DNA from: Octopus sinensis
Taxonomy: Eukaryota
Direction of reading: 5' to 3'
Length of the DNA stretch: 64,000 nt
Assembly (NCBI RefSeq): GCF_006345805.1
Contig: NW_021832232.1
Coordinates: forward strand, 434,001-498,000
Part shown: positions 13,841-26,311 of the stretch, piece after piece
Layout of the letters: every line of letters begins with the position of its first letter
Position numbering within the stretch: position 1 is the first letter of the stretch
Program-made: the position numbers and the translations under genes
Notes under the pieces: model-generated
The model's database searches: none
What the model was told of the DNA's origin: nothing
Seen by the model: the letters and a program-made list of their open reading frames with translations, nothing else

Positions 13841-14746
13841 ATGTTTGAGGTCGTGCTTGAAAAGTCTTCATTGTTTAAGAAACTGTTGGACACACTGAAG
13901 GACCTGATAGAGGAGGCCTCGTTCGACTGTTCTCAGGACGGAATGACCCTACAAGCGATGGACAGTTCTCACGTGGGACTGGCATCTCTGTTGTTGAGCC
14001 CTGCGGCCTTCTCCTCATATCGATGTGACCGCAACATATCCCTGGGAGTAAAGATATCACAGTAAGAAATGAGTGGACTATCATAGACTGTGGAAAGTGT
14101 TTCGATGCATCAGCAGTGATGACAAACTGACATTAAAATGTGAGGACGAGCCCAACTGTCTCCTCATCGAGTGCGAAGATGGTAGAGGAGGGTGACATTG
14201 TAGAGTCCGAGTCCTGTTCCAGTTACGAAGTGGCACTCATCAACATCGACCAGGAGCATTTGAGTATTCCCGTTAGTGAGTCCCCACATTCTCTAGGAGA
14301 TCGAATATGATGCCCAAGTCCTCATGAGTTCTGCCAGGTTTCACAGAATCTGTAAGGACTTTACTCAGTTCTGTGACGAGGTGACCATTCGTTGTGATCA
14401 GAATACTGTCACCTTCATCTGCGGGGGTGACACTGTCAAGGGTATTACTCCTCCTTTACCACAGCCGAGGTCGCCTTGTCCCAAATCAGTCATGTCGACA
14501 AGGAGGACACTGTCACTATTGATATTGAAAATCCTGTCACTGTCAAGTTTTCTCTTCGTTTTTTGTCACTTTTCTCCCGTGCTTCCGCTCTGTCGCCCAG
14601 GATGGTTATTTCTGTGTCTAACTCCAGTCCACTTTGTAGTTCTTTTATTTATTCCAGCTGTTGAGTATGATTTGGCTACTGACGACCCCGCAGACAAGAG
14701 CGTCCTCAAGTTCTTCCTTGCTCCCAAGGTCGATGATGTTCTTTAA
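13841..14746 (+). CDS. PCNA: Proliferating cell nuclear antigen (divergent), 6 exons
   Basis: MFEVVLEKSSLFKKLLDTLKDLI..LQAMDSSHV..YRCDRNISLG..NIDQEHLSIPE..KFFLAPKVDD; introns of 25, 22, 25, 23 and 22 nt. Confidence 0.95.
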
Positions 14747-15199
14747 TTTGTACTTTTTCTACTTTACTGATTTGTTTTGGCGGCCATTTTTATTGTGAAA
14801 GTTTTCTCATTTTTTCTTTGCTGCTAGTGAATGTAGAGAATGGTTGTAATTGTTATTTTTTGTGTCGAGTTTTTGAGAACGGGTGGTCTAATATTTAATC
14901 AGATCATTATTTATATAACAACTTTATTTAAACAAACATTAGAAATCTGTATGGGTAGAAAACTGCATTAATGTTGATGTCATATCCTTAACTATATTCG
15001 GAAGAAATTTACGAACAGTTTAACAAATAATAAAAATCTTTTATTAGATCAATGAAAAATTGATTTCTAATTACATTATTAAACAACGGAAACAAGGTGT
15101 TAATTAAAGACACATAAATGCACAATGTTTTTATTTAATTCTTTCTTTTTTGTTAACTGAAAATTTTAATTGGATAAAAGAATATGCGAATTTAACCCC

Positions 15200-15360
15200 A
15201 AAAACTTACGCCCACTCAGTCTAGACAGGAAAAAACCATAGCTAGATAAAAAAGTCGTGATTCCGTCCTGCTTTTTGCCATTATTTCTGCCAAGACTTAC
15301 CGACGAGAGCTTTTCGAACAGATTATTAATGGCTAAACGAGAATGGTATGACTAATTTAA
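15200..15360 (-). mobile_element. Fragment of the Merlin right arm
   Basis: Shares tcgtgattccgtc...gagagcttttcgaacagattat.aatggctaaacgagaatggtatgactaatttaa with 10345-10470. Confidence 0.7.
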
Positions 15361-15410
15361 AAATCAAAAATTAAAAAGAAATTCAGAACCAAAATAAACA
15401 TATAAGGGGC

Positions 15411-15803
15411 GTGGCATTAGTGCGGCGTCATGCGCTTATGGATCTCTCCAAGAGCCTGAATTTAGTCTATTTTAGAGCATTTGTCAATTGTCGTGGTTCG
15501 TACGTCGACCACGTAGCCAATCAAAGGAAAAGGAGTGTAAGGATCCTTAAAAGCCTAACCAGTTTCTATGTAGGTCCGGGAACGTACATGTACAGAACGT
15601 GTGTACAGCCAGTTCTCACATATGGCTATGAGGGCTGGTTCGATACGGAAAAGAGTGACTACCTTGTCGAACAGTTGAAAAAGACAAGACGTTTTGCATT
15701 GAAACTGGCTTATGGAGTACAACTTGACGAAAGGCTAGAAGACTCGCAAAAATCCTCTGTACTTATCATTCGGATGGTCCTGAAGAAAAGTTATGTTAAG
15801 TAA
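15411..15803 (+). mobile_element. Non-LTR retrotransposon fragment (region after the RT core)
   Basis: MYRTCVQPVLTYGYEGW...QLKKTRRFALKLAYG fits the Y...RP.L.YG..W LINE motif; intronless. Confidence 0.6.
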
Positions 15804-16453
15804 TTATAATTGGAGTTAGCATGGAAAGAGACACTTCGGGGCCTTGTTTTTTTATCTCAACGTTAATGATCTTTCCTTGTTTTTTGGTTTTGGTTATGCT
15901 TGAACAATAAAAAAATATTTTAATTTCTATTAACATATAAGAATATGGCACAATGGATTCTGTTGAGAAATTCAAATTTATTATGGAAAATGATGAAGGA
16001 ATATTTTAATTTTAAAATCGCGTTGTAAAAAGTGTTAAAAGATTAAACGATGAGAGGGCCAGGGGCCTGACGGATCGCCAAACTGTTCCCCCGGATTACG
16101 GCGATGAAGAACCGTTGGAAAAGCCACAAAAATTGGCGACCTCAGTCATTTTCGGTATCCGTGCTAGAAAAATTTTAAAAACTCGAATACTCAATTGACC
16201 TTTTAGGGTAACTTAACTATCAAAGTCTAATTTTTGTTCAAATCAAAACATAAAAATGATTAAAATGTCACTTAAAAAAAATTTTATCTAAAATGAAATG
16301 TTTAAAAAATTATTTAAATATTGAACTATATCTTTGTACATATTTCTTTAATTTTTTTAATTAGAATTTTTTTAATAATTTTTATTTAAATAGTTTTGTG
16401 GTTTTTTATTACTTATTAACTTGAGCTTCATTATTAAGCATTAATTTGTTCTA

Positions 16454-17170
16454 ATGAATAACGGTTTTATAATTTTTCACATGCTTTCCTAGATTTATTA
16501 ATATGCGGCGGCTGTCACTTACAGTTTTTTTTGACAAATATTTACGACTTTATTAGACACAAAAACGACTGTTCAAATGGCAATTTATATTAATTTCTAT
16601 TTTTAGTGTCAGTCATTAACGATTCCGAATCTTTCGAAAAACATGAATCCCCTCAAAAAAATGAATTTACCCAAAAAGATGTTTTTCGCGATAAAGATAT
16701 TTCCCCGCATCTTAACCAAAACAGTGTTCCTCGAAAACACGACATAATAAATATTCTTGGTCTCGCGGAAAAACAATCGCAGGAAATGAATACAACGCCT
16801 GAAAAACCACCGATAAAAAACTTCCTCTGTACGTGGTGTAATCAGAAATTTAAACAAAAAATTCACTTACAAAAACACGAATATAAACACACCGGTGATA
16901 AGCCCTACAAGTGTTTGGAATGTGACTATTCCACAGTTGAGAGGTCTCATCTTAAGGTTCACATCCGCATTCACACTGGTAACTATTTTTTACATTGCAG
17001 GCGAAAAACCATTTAAGTGTACTTCATGTAGTTATGCCACAGCTCAAAAAGGAACTCTTAGATTACATTTAAGGAATCGGCACGGAGCTGCAGTTTATGA
17101 GTGTAACAAATGCACTCTTAAGTTTTTCTACCGCTATCAGTTGTCGACTCATCTTCAAAAACATACCTAA
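16454..17170 (+). CDS. Zinc-finger transcription factor: N-terminal BCL11-type CCHC finger plus four C2H2 fingers
   Basis: DLLICGGCHLQFFLTNIYDFIRHKNDC; FLCTWC..HTGDKPYKCLEC..HTGEKPFKCTSC..YECNKC..HLQKH; three short introns, one probably GC-AG. Confidence 0.8.
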
Positions 17171-18013
17171 ATATCGTTTATATTCACAATATTTATTTTT
17201 TGCTTAGAAATATATACTTGTGTTCTTTCTAGATAAAAATAAGAAAAAATCTGGGTTAGTATAGATTTCCAAATAAATTTCATTATGAAATTTGATTAAT
17301 TAGGTTAGTGAATTTTTGTTTTAAATTTAATTAATCAGCTTTAGCAATTAAACTCCTTTAGTTTTTTTATTAGAAGCTTCAATTTGTGGTTTTTCTATCG
17401 ACTTTGAGGTGGAATTGTATTTTACTTAAATTATTTTTGTATAGCACGTAACAAATTAATACTCTTAAAGTTAAATGATATGTTTGATATGTTAAACTGA
17501 ATTCATATAAAACAAGTTTTTATCCGGCCTAGATCCAAGTAAAGATTTCGACGTAAGCTTTACATCTTTTTAGAAGACAGCATACATTGTTATAGATAGA
17601 AACATTTTTATGACCATAGATTTCAGTAGTTTTAACTTTAATCTTTTGTTCTGAACTTGAACTTAGTTACAAAATAAAATTATAATATACCATTCCAATA
17701 ACTCAAGATAGATTCGAAGCGGAAGAGATATCTTAATTTATGATAATTAGATTAATCAATTTTCGATAATAAACTCAGTACGTATTCAAGTGCGTTGAAA
17801 TCATTGACACCCTAAGTCATTGTCTGACTTTTATCAGAAAAATGTGAATTCTATTTTATATAGATGGAGAAACAGGAATCTTGTATTATTGAATCAAGTA
17901 CAAAAAGTTTTTGATCATTTTGTGCTAATATATTTTTATCGGTCATATGCGTTATTTTAAATATTTGCCGATTCACGTCTGCCTATATATTAATTTTCTT
18001 CGATGTTATCATA

Positions 18014-19253
18014 ATGCAGTCTGCAGGAAACTTTTACAATATTCCAAACATTAAAAAGCATTCATTTTATGTGAGGTATCGTCTGAATGATTTAATGCTT
18101 TAAAATTAGAACACTTTTCTCGTTTGATCAAAAATCAACAAACTCGACTAGTAATAAATACCTTTACTTCAAATGCGGAGACATACTACACGTAATAAAC
18201 TCAACTGACATGGATTGGTGGCTTGCCTGTCATGTTGATGACGAAAATAAGGCAAATTCTTATTTTTTAATTCCCAGCCGTAATAGGTCTAATTTTTTCA
18301 ATTAGAACTTTTTAGAGCTACGAAAATGCTTAGCTGTAAAAGAAAAAAAGTGAGATTTAATTTTTCACCGGAAAAAGTTATCATTACATCAAGAATTTAT
18401 TAGGAATCGGAAGAAAATCATTCGTGCTTAGATGGACTTTTTAGTTGCTTTCCTGGAGAAAAAAGGCAAAATTCTAACGAATTGAACAGTAAGTATCATT
18501 TTTCTAATTATGCAAGTAACTTTACCAAAAGATGTCTCAACTCCGTACGTTGTTGTAACGAAAGTCAAAAGCGGTAATAACCATCATTTAATTCCTAGAT
18601 TTTAAAAGACCTTTAATCATTTATGGACCTGATACATATAAATTTTACTATGATTTAGCATCAAGTGAACCAAAAAAATATGCAGCGCCAATACCACGTA
18701 TATTCATTGTTTTTATTTAGATACGACGAGAAAGCCTAGACCTAATGAAGTTGATGGAGTAGACTATTACTTTACAAGCGAACAGACATTTAAAAATATT
18801 AATTTTATAGAAATTGGAAGATATAATAAAAATAAATATGGAATATCTGCATCAGAGATAATAAAAATCCAAAATGTACAGTTATTATTATTCACCAAAA
18901 TAGAGAAATCAAATTTGTTTTCTTTGTATTGACCCCAACTCTATGATTCACTTAATAAGTTATAAAATATACCCAATCATTTTATTCATCAGAATTCCTT
19001 CCTATGAATATACAAGGTTTTATTTTATTTTAAATAAACAGATTTTTTAACTTTACAGAGCAAAGCGCCTTTAAAGTATACTCAGAAAATCTTAATTTTG
19101 AAAAAAAATATTCACATTTATTTACGGGTGAAATTTTTTATGGATTTTATTGTAGAAATTATAGAAGAGTTGACGTATACTGACGTAATATTAAAAATAC
19201 AGGAAGCAATGATTCGACATAATAATGAAAATATCTGGATTTCTAGTTTATAA
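18014..19253 (+). CDS. Divergent DLG-like MAGUK (SH3-HOOK-guanylate kinase)
   Basis: SFYVRTLFSFD..FKCGDILHVINSTDMDWWLAC..LIPS; RPLIIYGP..TTRKPRPNEVDGVDYYF..FIEIGRYNKNKYG..YPIILFIR..ENIWISSL*. Absent from the ORF track because exons are short. Confidence 0.75.
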
Positions 19254-19599
19254 TTTATTTTTTAACATATTAATTTTTGAATAATCCCGATTAACAATAC
19301 TTATTTATTTCTTAACTGATGCAACCAAGTCTGATACATTTACTTTACTTTTTCTAATAATTAAATGTGGTAAAATTTAACGCAAAAACTATGAATAACG
19401 ATAAAATGTAATGATTTTTTATTAACCTAAGTAACCCTGCCATTTAAAACGTGCTGATAAATTATTCATGAGTTGTTAATTGTGAAAAGCACTGAGTCTT
19501 TTGCGCATTTTCTCGTTTGACTCTAATGAACTCAGTGCGGTCCTCTAGATAAAGCCTTTCTTGTTTATTGAATCATATTTTAACTCAAATGAAGTTTAA

Positions 19600-20300
19600 A
19601 TTGAGTGACAAGAGCTTGATTGTAAATAGGTACAAATTTATTATTTTAGTACTGTCTTTGTCCCACACACGTCGCCATATGTCTTTCCAGAAGTTTAAAT
19701 TCCGTGTTACATAAAAAATCAAATGAACTGTAGAATTCTGACAAAGCTGCGCCATTTGAGTTCCTTGTTTCTTTACTATGAGCACCAGTAAAATTTATTA
19801 TCCTTACGACGTGTTTTCACTTTCGCATGCCAGTCACCTGAAAGGAAAATGAAAGAAGCACGTATATCACCTATAGCCACGGCAAGATTCGAGTAAACAT
19901 TTTCGACTTCTTTAGAAAATTTCTCATTGTTAGTGCATATAGGTTAATGATTGTCTGAGCGTTTTCCCGGCATTACCTGTAAGAGACTGATGTCCTGTCA
20001 GTGATTCTCTAGCATTTGTAAATTAAGTTGACATAGCGCTTATTGATTGCAAATCCACCTCATAGTGTTTACATTCTGGTTTTGATGAGATAATTATCTA
20101 TATGATTCAACAATCTTATCAAAATCCCTGTTGGGCTTAGGCAAGCAACTAAAACTCCATATGTTCCATATGTTAGGTTTTCAGTCAATTATGTTCCTTG
20201 TAGTGAGAAGGAAATTCCTCTGACATTGAACTTCATAAGTACGAACTCTCCAGTATGTGTATTAAACATTAATGCAATAGAGAGACGTCACCATCTCAGA
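19600..20300 (-). mobile_element. Decayed RTE-type LINE, AP-endonuclease region
   Basis: Interrupted TIINLYA..EVENVYSNL..LSGDWHAKV..RNSNGAALSEF..CNTEF..RHMAT motifs; 5' sequence may extend to about 20860. Confidence 0.6.
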
Positions 20301-20989
20301 GAGTTTCTATTTAAATGGTATTTTTCGAGGTTTTATGGGATTTTAGAGATCGAGTCTCGCGGAAGATTGTCATTCCGTAGGATCTCTTACGTCACCATGG
20401 CCAACTGCTGCAAATCAAGGAGAAGTGAGCTTGTGGAGCGAGGCCTTTGGGTAAACGGAGTCCAATTTCTCCAAACCTCACCAAGAATTTTCCATTACTT
20501 TGGCAAATATCATCGAATTCAAAATTAAGGGTCAACTTAGCTGATGGTTTTAATGACTTGTCAAGGTTTGATACGATATAGGCATAAAGATAGCACGGAA
20601 AGCAGTGTGATGTGTATAAAACCATAGAAATATATTGCTCTTCAGCAAGCAGAAAGACCTGTGAGTTAACACGAAGAAGGCGATCTGTTAGTCTGTAGAG
20701 CTGTACGTCTGTTAAAGACAGGGCACACAAAAATACATGAGAACCAAAAGGAAAACCCAGAAACTCGCCTCCAACATTTCGATAACCGATAAGTCAAGGG
20801 GAAACAGATATTGAAAGCCGCACGAAACATTCACGTTCTATTTCGGTTTCCGCCAAATTTTTCGAGATAAATTAAAATTATTTTCCTAAGTAAAAGGACC
20901 TAACTTTTTGAATGCCTCTAAACATACAAAAAAACTAAGTAGATTTAATCAAAATCAAAGAACCAAGGAAAACAGAGTAACTAACAAAT

Positions 20990-23189
20990 CTAATCAACTT
21001 CCTCTAATTGAGACGGTTCTTCGACATCGGCAGCAACAGGCGCGACTTGTTCGGATGTATTCTCGGCCTCATCGATTTCAACATCTAGTAAGAATAAAAA
21101 CAATAAAATACCAAGAGCGCAGGCCACAATAGTATTAATGGCAGAAATAAACTTGGAAATATTTGGTACAGAAAATCCACTTTGTACAGCAGCTTGAGTA
21201 TGAAGCAAATCAATAGATTTAAGCAAAGCAGTAGAATTTTCGTTTTCTTTATTTTCCCTTTGCAAACCAATAATAATAGGATGGTAAGGATTAAGCTCCA
21301 TCTTCTTTTTTGCACTCATATATCCCATTGTGGACTTGTCACGAAGGGCCTGATTTTGCATGATCCTTTCCATGTTAGCAGACCACCCATATTGAGAGGT
21401 TACAATGCAGCAGGGCGACTTCTGAAGACGATTACTGACATAGACTTCTTCAATAGCTGTTCCAAGATGAGCCTTGATCTTTTCACAAAGAGGTTTAAAC
21501 TCTTCTTTCAATTCCTCTAATTTCTTCTGCTCATCCTCGTCAACCGGGAGTTTAAAGTTCTCTTTGGTAACATCAACCAAGTTATTCCCCTTATAATTTT
21601 TGATTTTCTGAACTGCATATTCGTCAATCGGATCAACAAGATACAAAACTTCATATCCCTTTCTATTCAGCTGCTCAATGGACGAGTTCAACGAAACGGA
21701 GGCAACATCCTCACCACATATATAGTAGATCTCATTTTGCTTTTCCTTCATTCTCTTCACATAGGAATCAAAATCAGTTAATTCTGTTCCTGATTTATTC
21801 GACTTGAACATTACAAGCTCAACCAGTGTCTCCTGATTGGTGGAATCCTCATGGATACCAAGCTTGACGCTCTTGTGGTACTGTTCGTAAAATTTCGCAT
21901 ACAACTCTTTATTTTGTTTCATTTCGAGTAACATGTCCAAAACTTTTTTAACAATGTTCTTTCTAATAACTTTGAGAACTGTATTGCTCTGCAACGTCTC
22001 TCTTGAAAGGTTGAGAGGCAAGTCGTTGCTATCAACCAACCCCTTCAAAAAGTTCATATATTCAGGGACAAGCTCATCACACTCGTCCATTATAAAGACT
22101 CTTCGGACATATAACTTGATTCCAGATTTCTTCTTCTTTGTTTCAAAAAGGTCAAAAGGAGCCCTCTTAGGCACATAAATGAGAATTGTGAACTCCAACT
22201 GTCCTTCCATAGAATAGTGCTTCACTGCCAAATGTTCTTCCCAATCATTTGAAATCGACTTATAGAACTCGGCGTATTCAGTCTCGGTAATATCTGAGGG
22301 ACTTCTAGTCCAAATCGGCTTGACTTTATTAAGCATTTCCATCTCATTATGCTTTTCCTTGATCTTTTTCGTCTTCTTTCCTTTATTCTCTTCAGCCTTC
22401 TCCATCTCTTCTTCGTCCAATTCTTCTATTTTCGGCTTATCATCTTCTTTCTCGCCTTCTTCCTCGTCATCAGTAACTTCAATTTCACGCTCTTTAAGGA
22501 CTCTCAAATTTATTGGGTAGGAGATGAATTCAGAATGTTTCTTTACGACTTCTTTGAGTCTCTTTTCCTCTGCAAACTCAAGTTTATCTTCTTTCAATTT
22601 GAGAATAACAGCAGTTCCACGGTTAAAACCCGGATAAGGATCACATGTGCTCACATTAAATGTCCCATCTAATGTGCTCTCCCACAAGTGTGCGTCGTCG
22701 TCGTTACTTTTGCTAATTACTTTGACATAATCAGCAATCAGAAAGGCCGAATAAAATCCGACACCAAACTGTCCAATCATGGTCAAATCGTTACCCTCCT
22801 AAATTAAAGTAATTTAGGTAATCGACCATACCGTCTGAGATTCCAAAAAGGCTCTAGTTCCTGTATGAGCGAGGGTTCCAAGATTCTTAATAAGCTCACA
22901 TCTGGTCATTCCAATTCCGGTGTCAATGATTGTTAAGGTTCCCTCGGCTTTGTCTGGAATCATCTAAACATATTTTATTAATGAAACTAACATCAATTTT
23001 GAGTTCCTCGCCAGTACTGAGCTTTGAGGGATCACTTAGACTCTGAAAGCGAATCTTGTCTAGAGCATCGGAAGAATTTGAAATAAGTTCTCTGATAGCA
23101 GTTTCGGGATATTTATAAATGGAATTGCAAAAGAGGTTCAAAATTCGCTTAGAATCAGAAGCAAATTCATAAGTCTGAGCGGCACACAT
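20990..23189 (-). CDS. HSP90: Cytosolic HSP90 (divergent), three short introns
   Basis: [65 protein letters not shown], terminal LEEVD. Confidence 0.97.
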
Positions 23190-23222
23190 GTCGAATATGT
23201 CGTTCACGCTATCTAAAATTAG

Positions 23223-23265
23223 CTTTTATAGAAAAGCACGTTGAGAAGTTTCCAGCTCATTCTAT
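23223..23265 (-). promoter_or_regulatory. Candidate HSP90 promoter: TATAAAAG plus gapped heat-shock element
   Basis: cttttata (TATAAAAG on minus) at 23223-23230, 34 nt from the ATG; aGAAgtTTCcaGctcaTTCta directly upstream. Confidence 0.5.
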
Positions 23266-23943
23266 ACTTTATATAAAGTTTCATATTTAGGTTTGCCATC
23301 AACATTTTTGAAAATATTAAATTTATATTATATCAAAAATATAAATAATTGCTTATTTATTCAATCCAGTCTCATTGCAATTCTTTTTCTATGTCCAAAA
23401 AAATACAATTTACTCTATTACATTAGCGTTAAGTTTATGACGAAGAAACAATTTCACTATTATTTTGATGGCGCAAAACCTGGCTGTTATAGCTCTAAAC
23501 AATCGATTGGAGATTTTAAAAATTCATTTTAGACAGCGCTTGTTAGACAGCTCTGGCCAATTGTTGTTGAGACTCCGTGTTTTTGGGGACAAAGTTAATT
23601 ATTTCAAAAAACTTGGTCACCCCTGTTCATTAAGCTACAAGGATCGTAGGGAATTTACTTTCCTAATTTAAAGAATCATGTTGGCCGTTGTGCTTGAGAA
23701 CAGCTGTTCCATCCACTTCGTTGACCGATTAAGTTAATTCCAAAACGCTTTTCTCCTAAATGTTTGATGTTTAATAAAATAATTTCAGACAGCTAATGAC
23801 AAAAAGTAGGTCAATCAACTAAATTCGCCTATCTATAATTTATTCTGTCGGGCCTCACGCTGGCGATCAGGGTGACCTTCATAGTTGACAACGTGACTTA
23901 CATTGTTTAAAATTCAATTAAAAACAAAAATTATTTTTTTGGA

Positions 23944-24270
23944 ATGGGAAGAGACCGGACTGGATCACTGTTTCCCTTCAACAAAGGAAAGCCACTCACC
24001 TGGGACGCCACGTGTATGGATTCATTCTTGTCTCAGAACCTGTTGATGTCCGCATCCACCTCGCTTCAACTGCTGAATGCAAAAAGATGGGGAAGTACTC
24101 TTCACTTGCGGAGAAGTATCAATTTTTCCTTTCGTTCTTGAGACTTTTTTTCATTGGGAGGAAAGGCAATCAGCTTCATTCAAGAGATCGGGTCTCGGAT
24201 GTCTACATTTACAGGTGACGTCCGCGAATCGAGATAGTTTTTGAGGGGCCTCTCTTGCAATAGTACGCTC
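23944..24270 (+). mobile_element. CRE-like non-LTR retrotransposon C-terminal fragment
   Basis: GKPLTWDATCMDSF..AECKKMGKYSSL..ET..IGSR..TGDVRES; homologous to 30550-30853. Confidence 0.7.
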
Positions 24271-24342
24271 TCTTATGTAAAATTTCCAAGGAATACCAAA
24301 TTTAAAACCTTTCTATCTACACATTTCAATTTTTATTTTTGT

Positions 24343-26125
24343 CACTGTCGGCTACATTTTCAAAGTAACTACATATTCCAAAAAAACATTGTTCAAAAAA
24401 AACGTGACCAAAATTCGATTAGTAATTAATATGCTTCCCTTTCGTCTTATATACTTCCAGAACTCGTTTGTGGAAGCTTAGAACATATTTTCTTATTAGT
24501 TCCGGGGGGAGGTTGTTCCAGATTTTCAAAACTTCTTGCTTTAAAGTTTCCTTATCAAGCCTTCCCATATTGCGTAACTGGAACTTTATATAGGCCCACA
24601 CATGCTCGATTGGATTGAGATCTGGACTTTGTGCAGGCCAATTAATTGTTTTGATTTTTTCTTCTTCAAGAAATTTCCTTGTGACTCGAGCTGTATGCTT
24701 TGGGTCGTTGTCGTGCATAAACTCAAAGTCAGTTAAACTCATTTCTCCGGCGGATTGGTTTAAATTTTGTGCTAAAATTTGCACATAATGCGCAGCCGTC
24801 ATAATTCCGTCAATAAAAACGAGCCGGCCTACTCCATTGGACGAAATACAGCCCCAAGCTAGAACACTTCCTCCTCCAAATTTAACTGTAGGTAAAAATT
24901 TTACCGAACATATTGTCAACATTTGACGGAACTAGAAGCGGATATATCTCTTAGATTCAAAGATTTGTTTGATTTGGAATTTGAAGCATGGATGATTGAT
25001 CCGTTTTCATATGTGCCAGAAGACATGAACGAAACAATCCAAGAAGAGATAATTGAATTGAAATATAATGAAGAATATATTCACAGATTTCAACAGGATG
25101 GTATCTCTAAATTTTGGCAATCAAAAGATTTACAAATGAAATTTCCAAATTTATGGAAGGAAATGAGTAATGTACTATTGACATTCCCTACCACTTATTT
25201 AGTTGAAAGTGGATTTAGTTTTGTCAATCATAATACACAATGTGAAAGAAATAGACTGGAAGTGTGTTATAGAGGCGATATACGCCTAAAGTTGAGCGGA
25301 ATTAAACCCGACATTGAATATTCAGCGAGTAAACATCAATATCAAGGGTTTCACTAATAATTTTTAATAAAAATTCAATTTTTTACATTTGATTTATTAT
25401 TTTATATTTTGATTTTTGAGTTATATACAAAAAACAACCAATTAAGGGACAATGCCCAAAAATTTTTAAATTGTATGTGGACAAGGGGGCGATAAAATTT
25501 CAAAGAGGGCGATAAAATTTCAAAGGGGGCGATAAGATATCTAAGGGGGCGATGAACAAAAAAAGGTTGAGAATGCCTGGGTAAAATGTTGGCCGAATGA
25601 TATCTTTCACCGCGAAAATATCGAACATTATTTCTTTTATTTGCTGAAAATAACTCAAATTTTGTTTCATCGGAGAAAATAATTTTGCCTAGATCTTCAG
25701 ACGAGATCCCTAAATAATTTTCAGCAAATAATTTTCTCTTTAACACGTTTACTGGTCGTAATAACGGTTTTTTACACGGTTTTCGATTTTCTAGTCGAAA
25801 AGAATATAAAGCATTCCTTATTGTTGATCGAGAAAGTCGTAAATTGTGCTCAGATTCAATGTAATTTGCAATTTCTTGTAAAGTGGAAAAAAGATTTTGA
25901 TCATATTTCGTCAATATTGCGTTTTTAATCGCCAGAGTAAGTTTTTCTGGACGACCAGAACCAACGGGACGTTCAAAAGGCAGTCCGTTTTTTATTTTCG
26001 CGCTGACTTGCTGCACAAAAGATTTTGAAACATTGAATTCTTTGGCGATTGTTCTTTGTGAGCATCCTCGCCTTAAGTGTTCCGCTATTGAATATTTTTT
26101 GATCAGGAAACTTTGAGATGACATC
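24343..26125 (-). mobile_element. Tc1-like DD34E transposase split by a hAT fragment
   Basis: HTH region, IIFSDETKF, HSANILP|TVKFGGGSVLAWG, FMHDNDPKH, WPAQSPDLNPIEHVW; the frame is continuous once 24898-25587 is removed. Confidence 0.9.
24906..25579 (+). mobile_element. 3' part of a hAT (Buster-type) transposon
   Basis: hAT dimerisation motif LLTFPTTYLVESGFS..RNRLEV..RGDIRLKLS; GGGGCGAT subterminal repeats; TIR GTTGAGAATGCCTG resembles the terminus at 11483-11496. Confidence 0.9.
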
Positions 26126-26149
26126 GTGCTGTATTTTGAAATTAATTTT

Positions 26150-26311
26150 TCTCTCGGTCCAAAAACTGAAAAGTTCCTTCGCAAGCTCGGAGCCAAAATC
26201 TCAATGCGCACCCATGATCCTCGGGAGGCGAACTGGCTAATGCAACGGCTCTCGATTGCCATTATCCGGGGAAACAGTTTGGCAATCCGCCAGGCTACAT
26301 ATCCACCATAA
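26150..26311 (+). mobile_element. CRE-like retrotransposon extreme C-terminal fragment
   Basis: FLRKLGAKISMRTHDPREANWLMQRLSIAIIRGNSLAI (QR.SIA..RGN motif). Confidence 0.65.

Noticed and set aside
17470-17930. Exon/intron-like sequence upstream of the MAGUK
   Set aside because: Could not splice it into a stop-free, recognisable product; unresolved.
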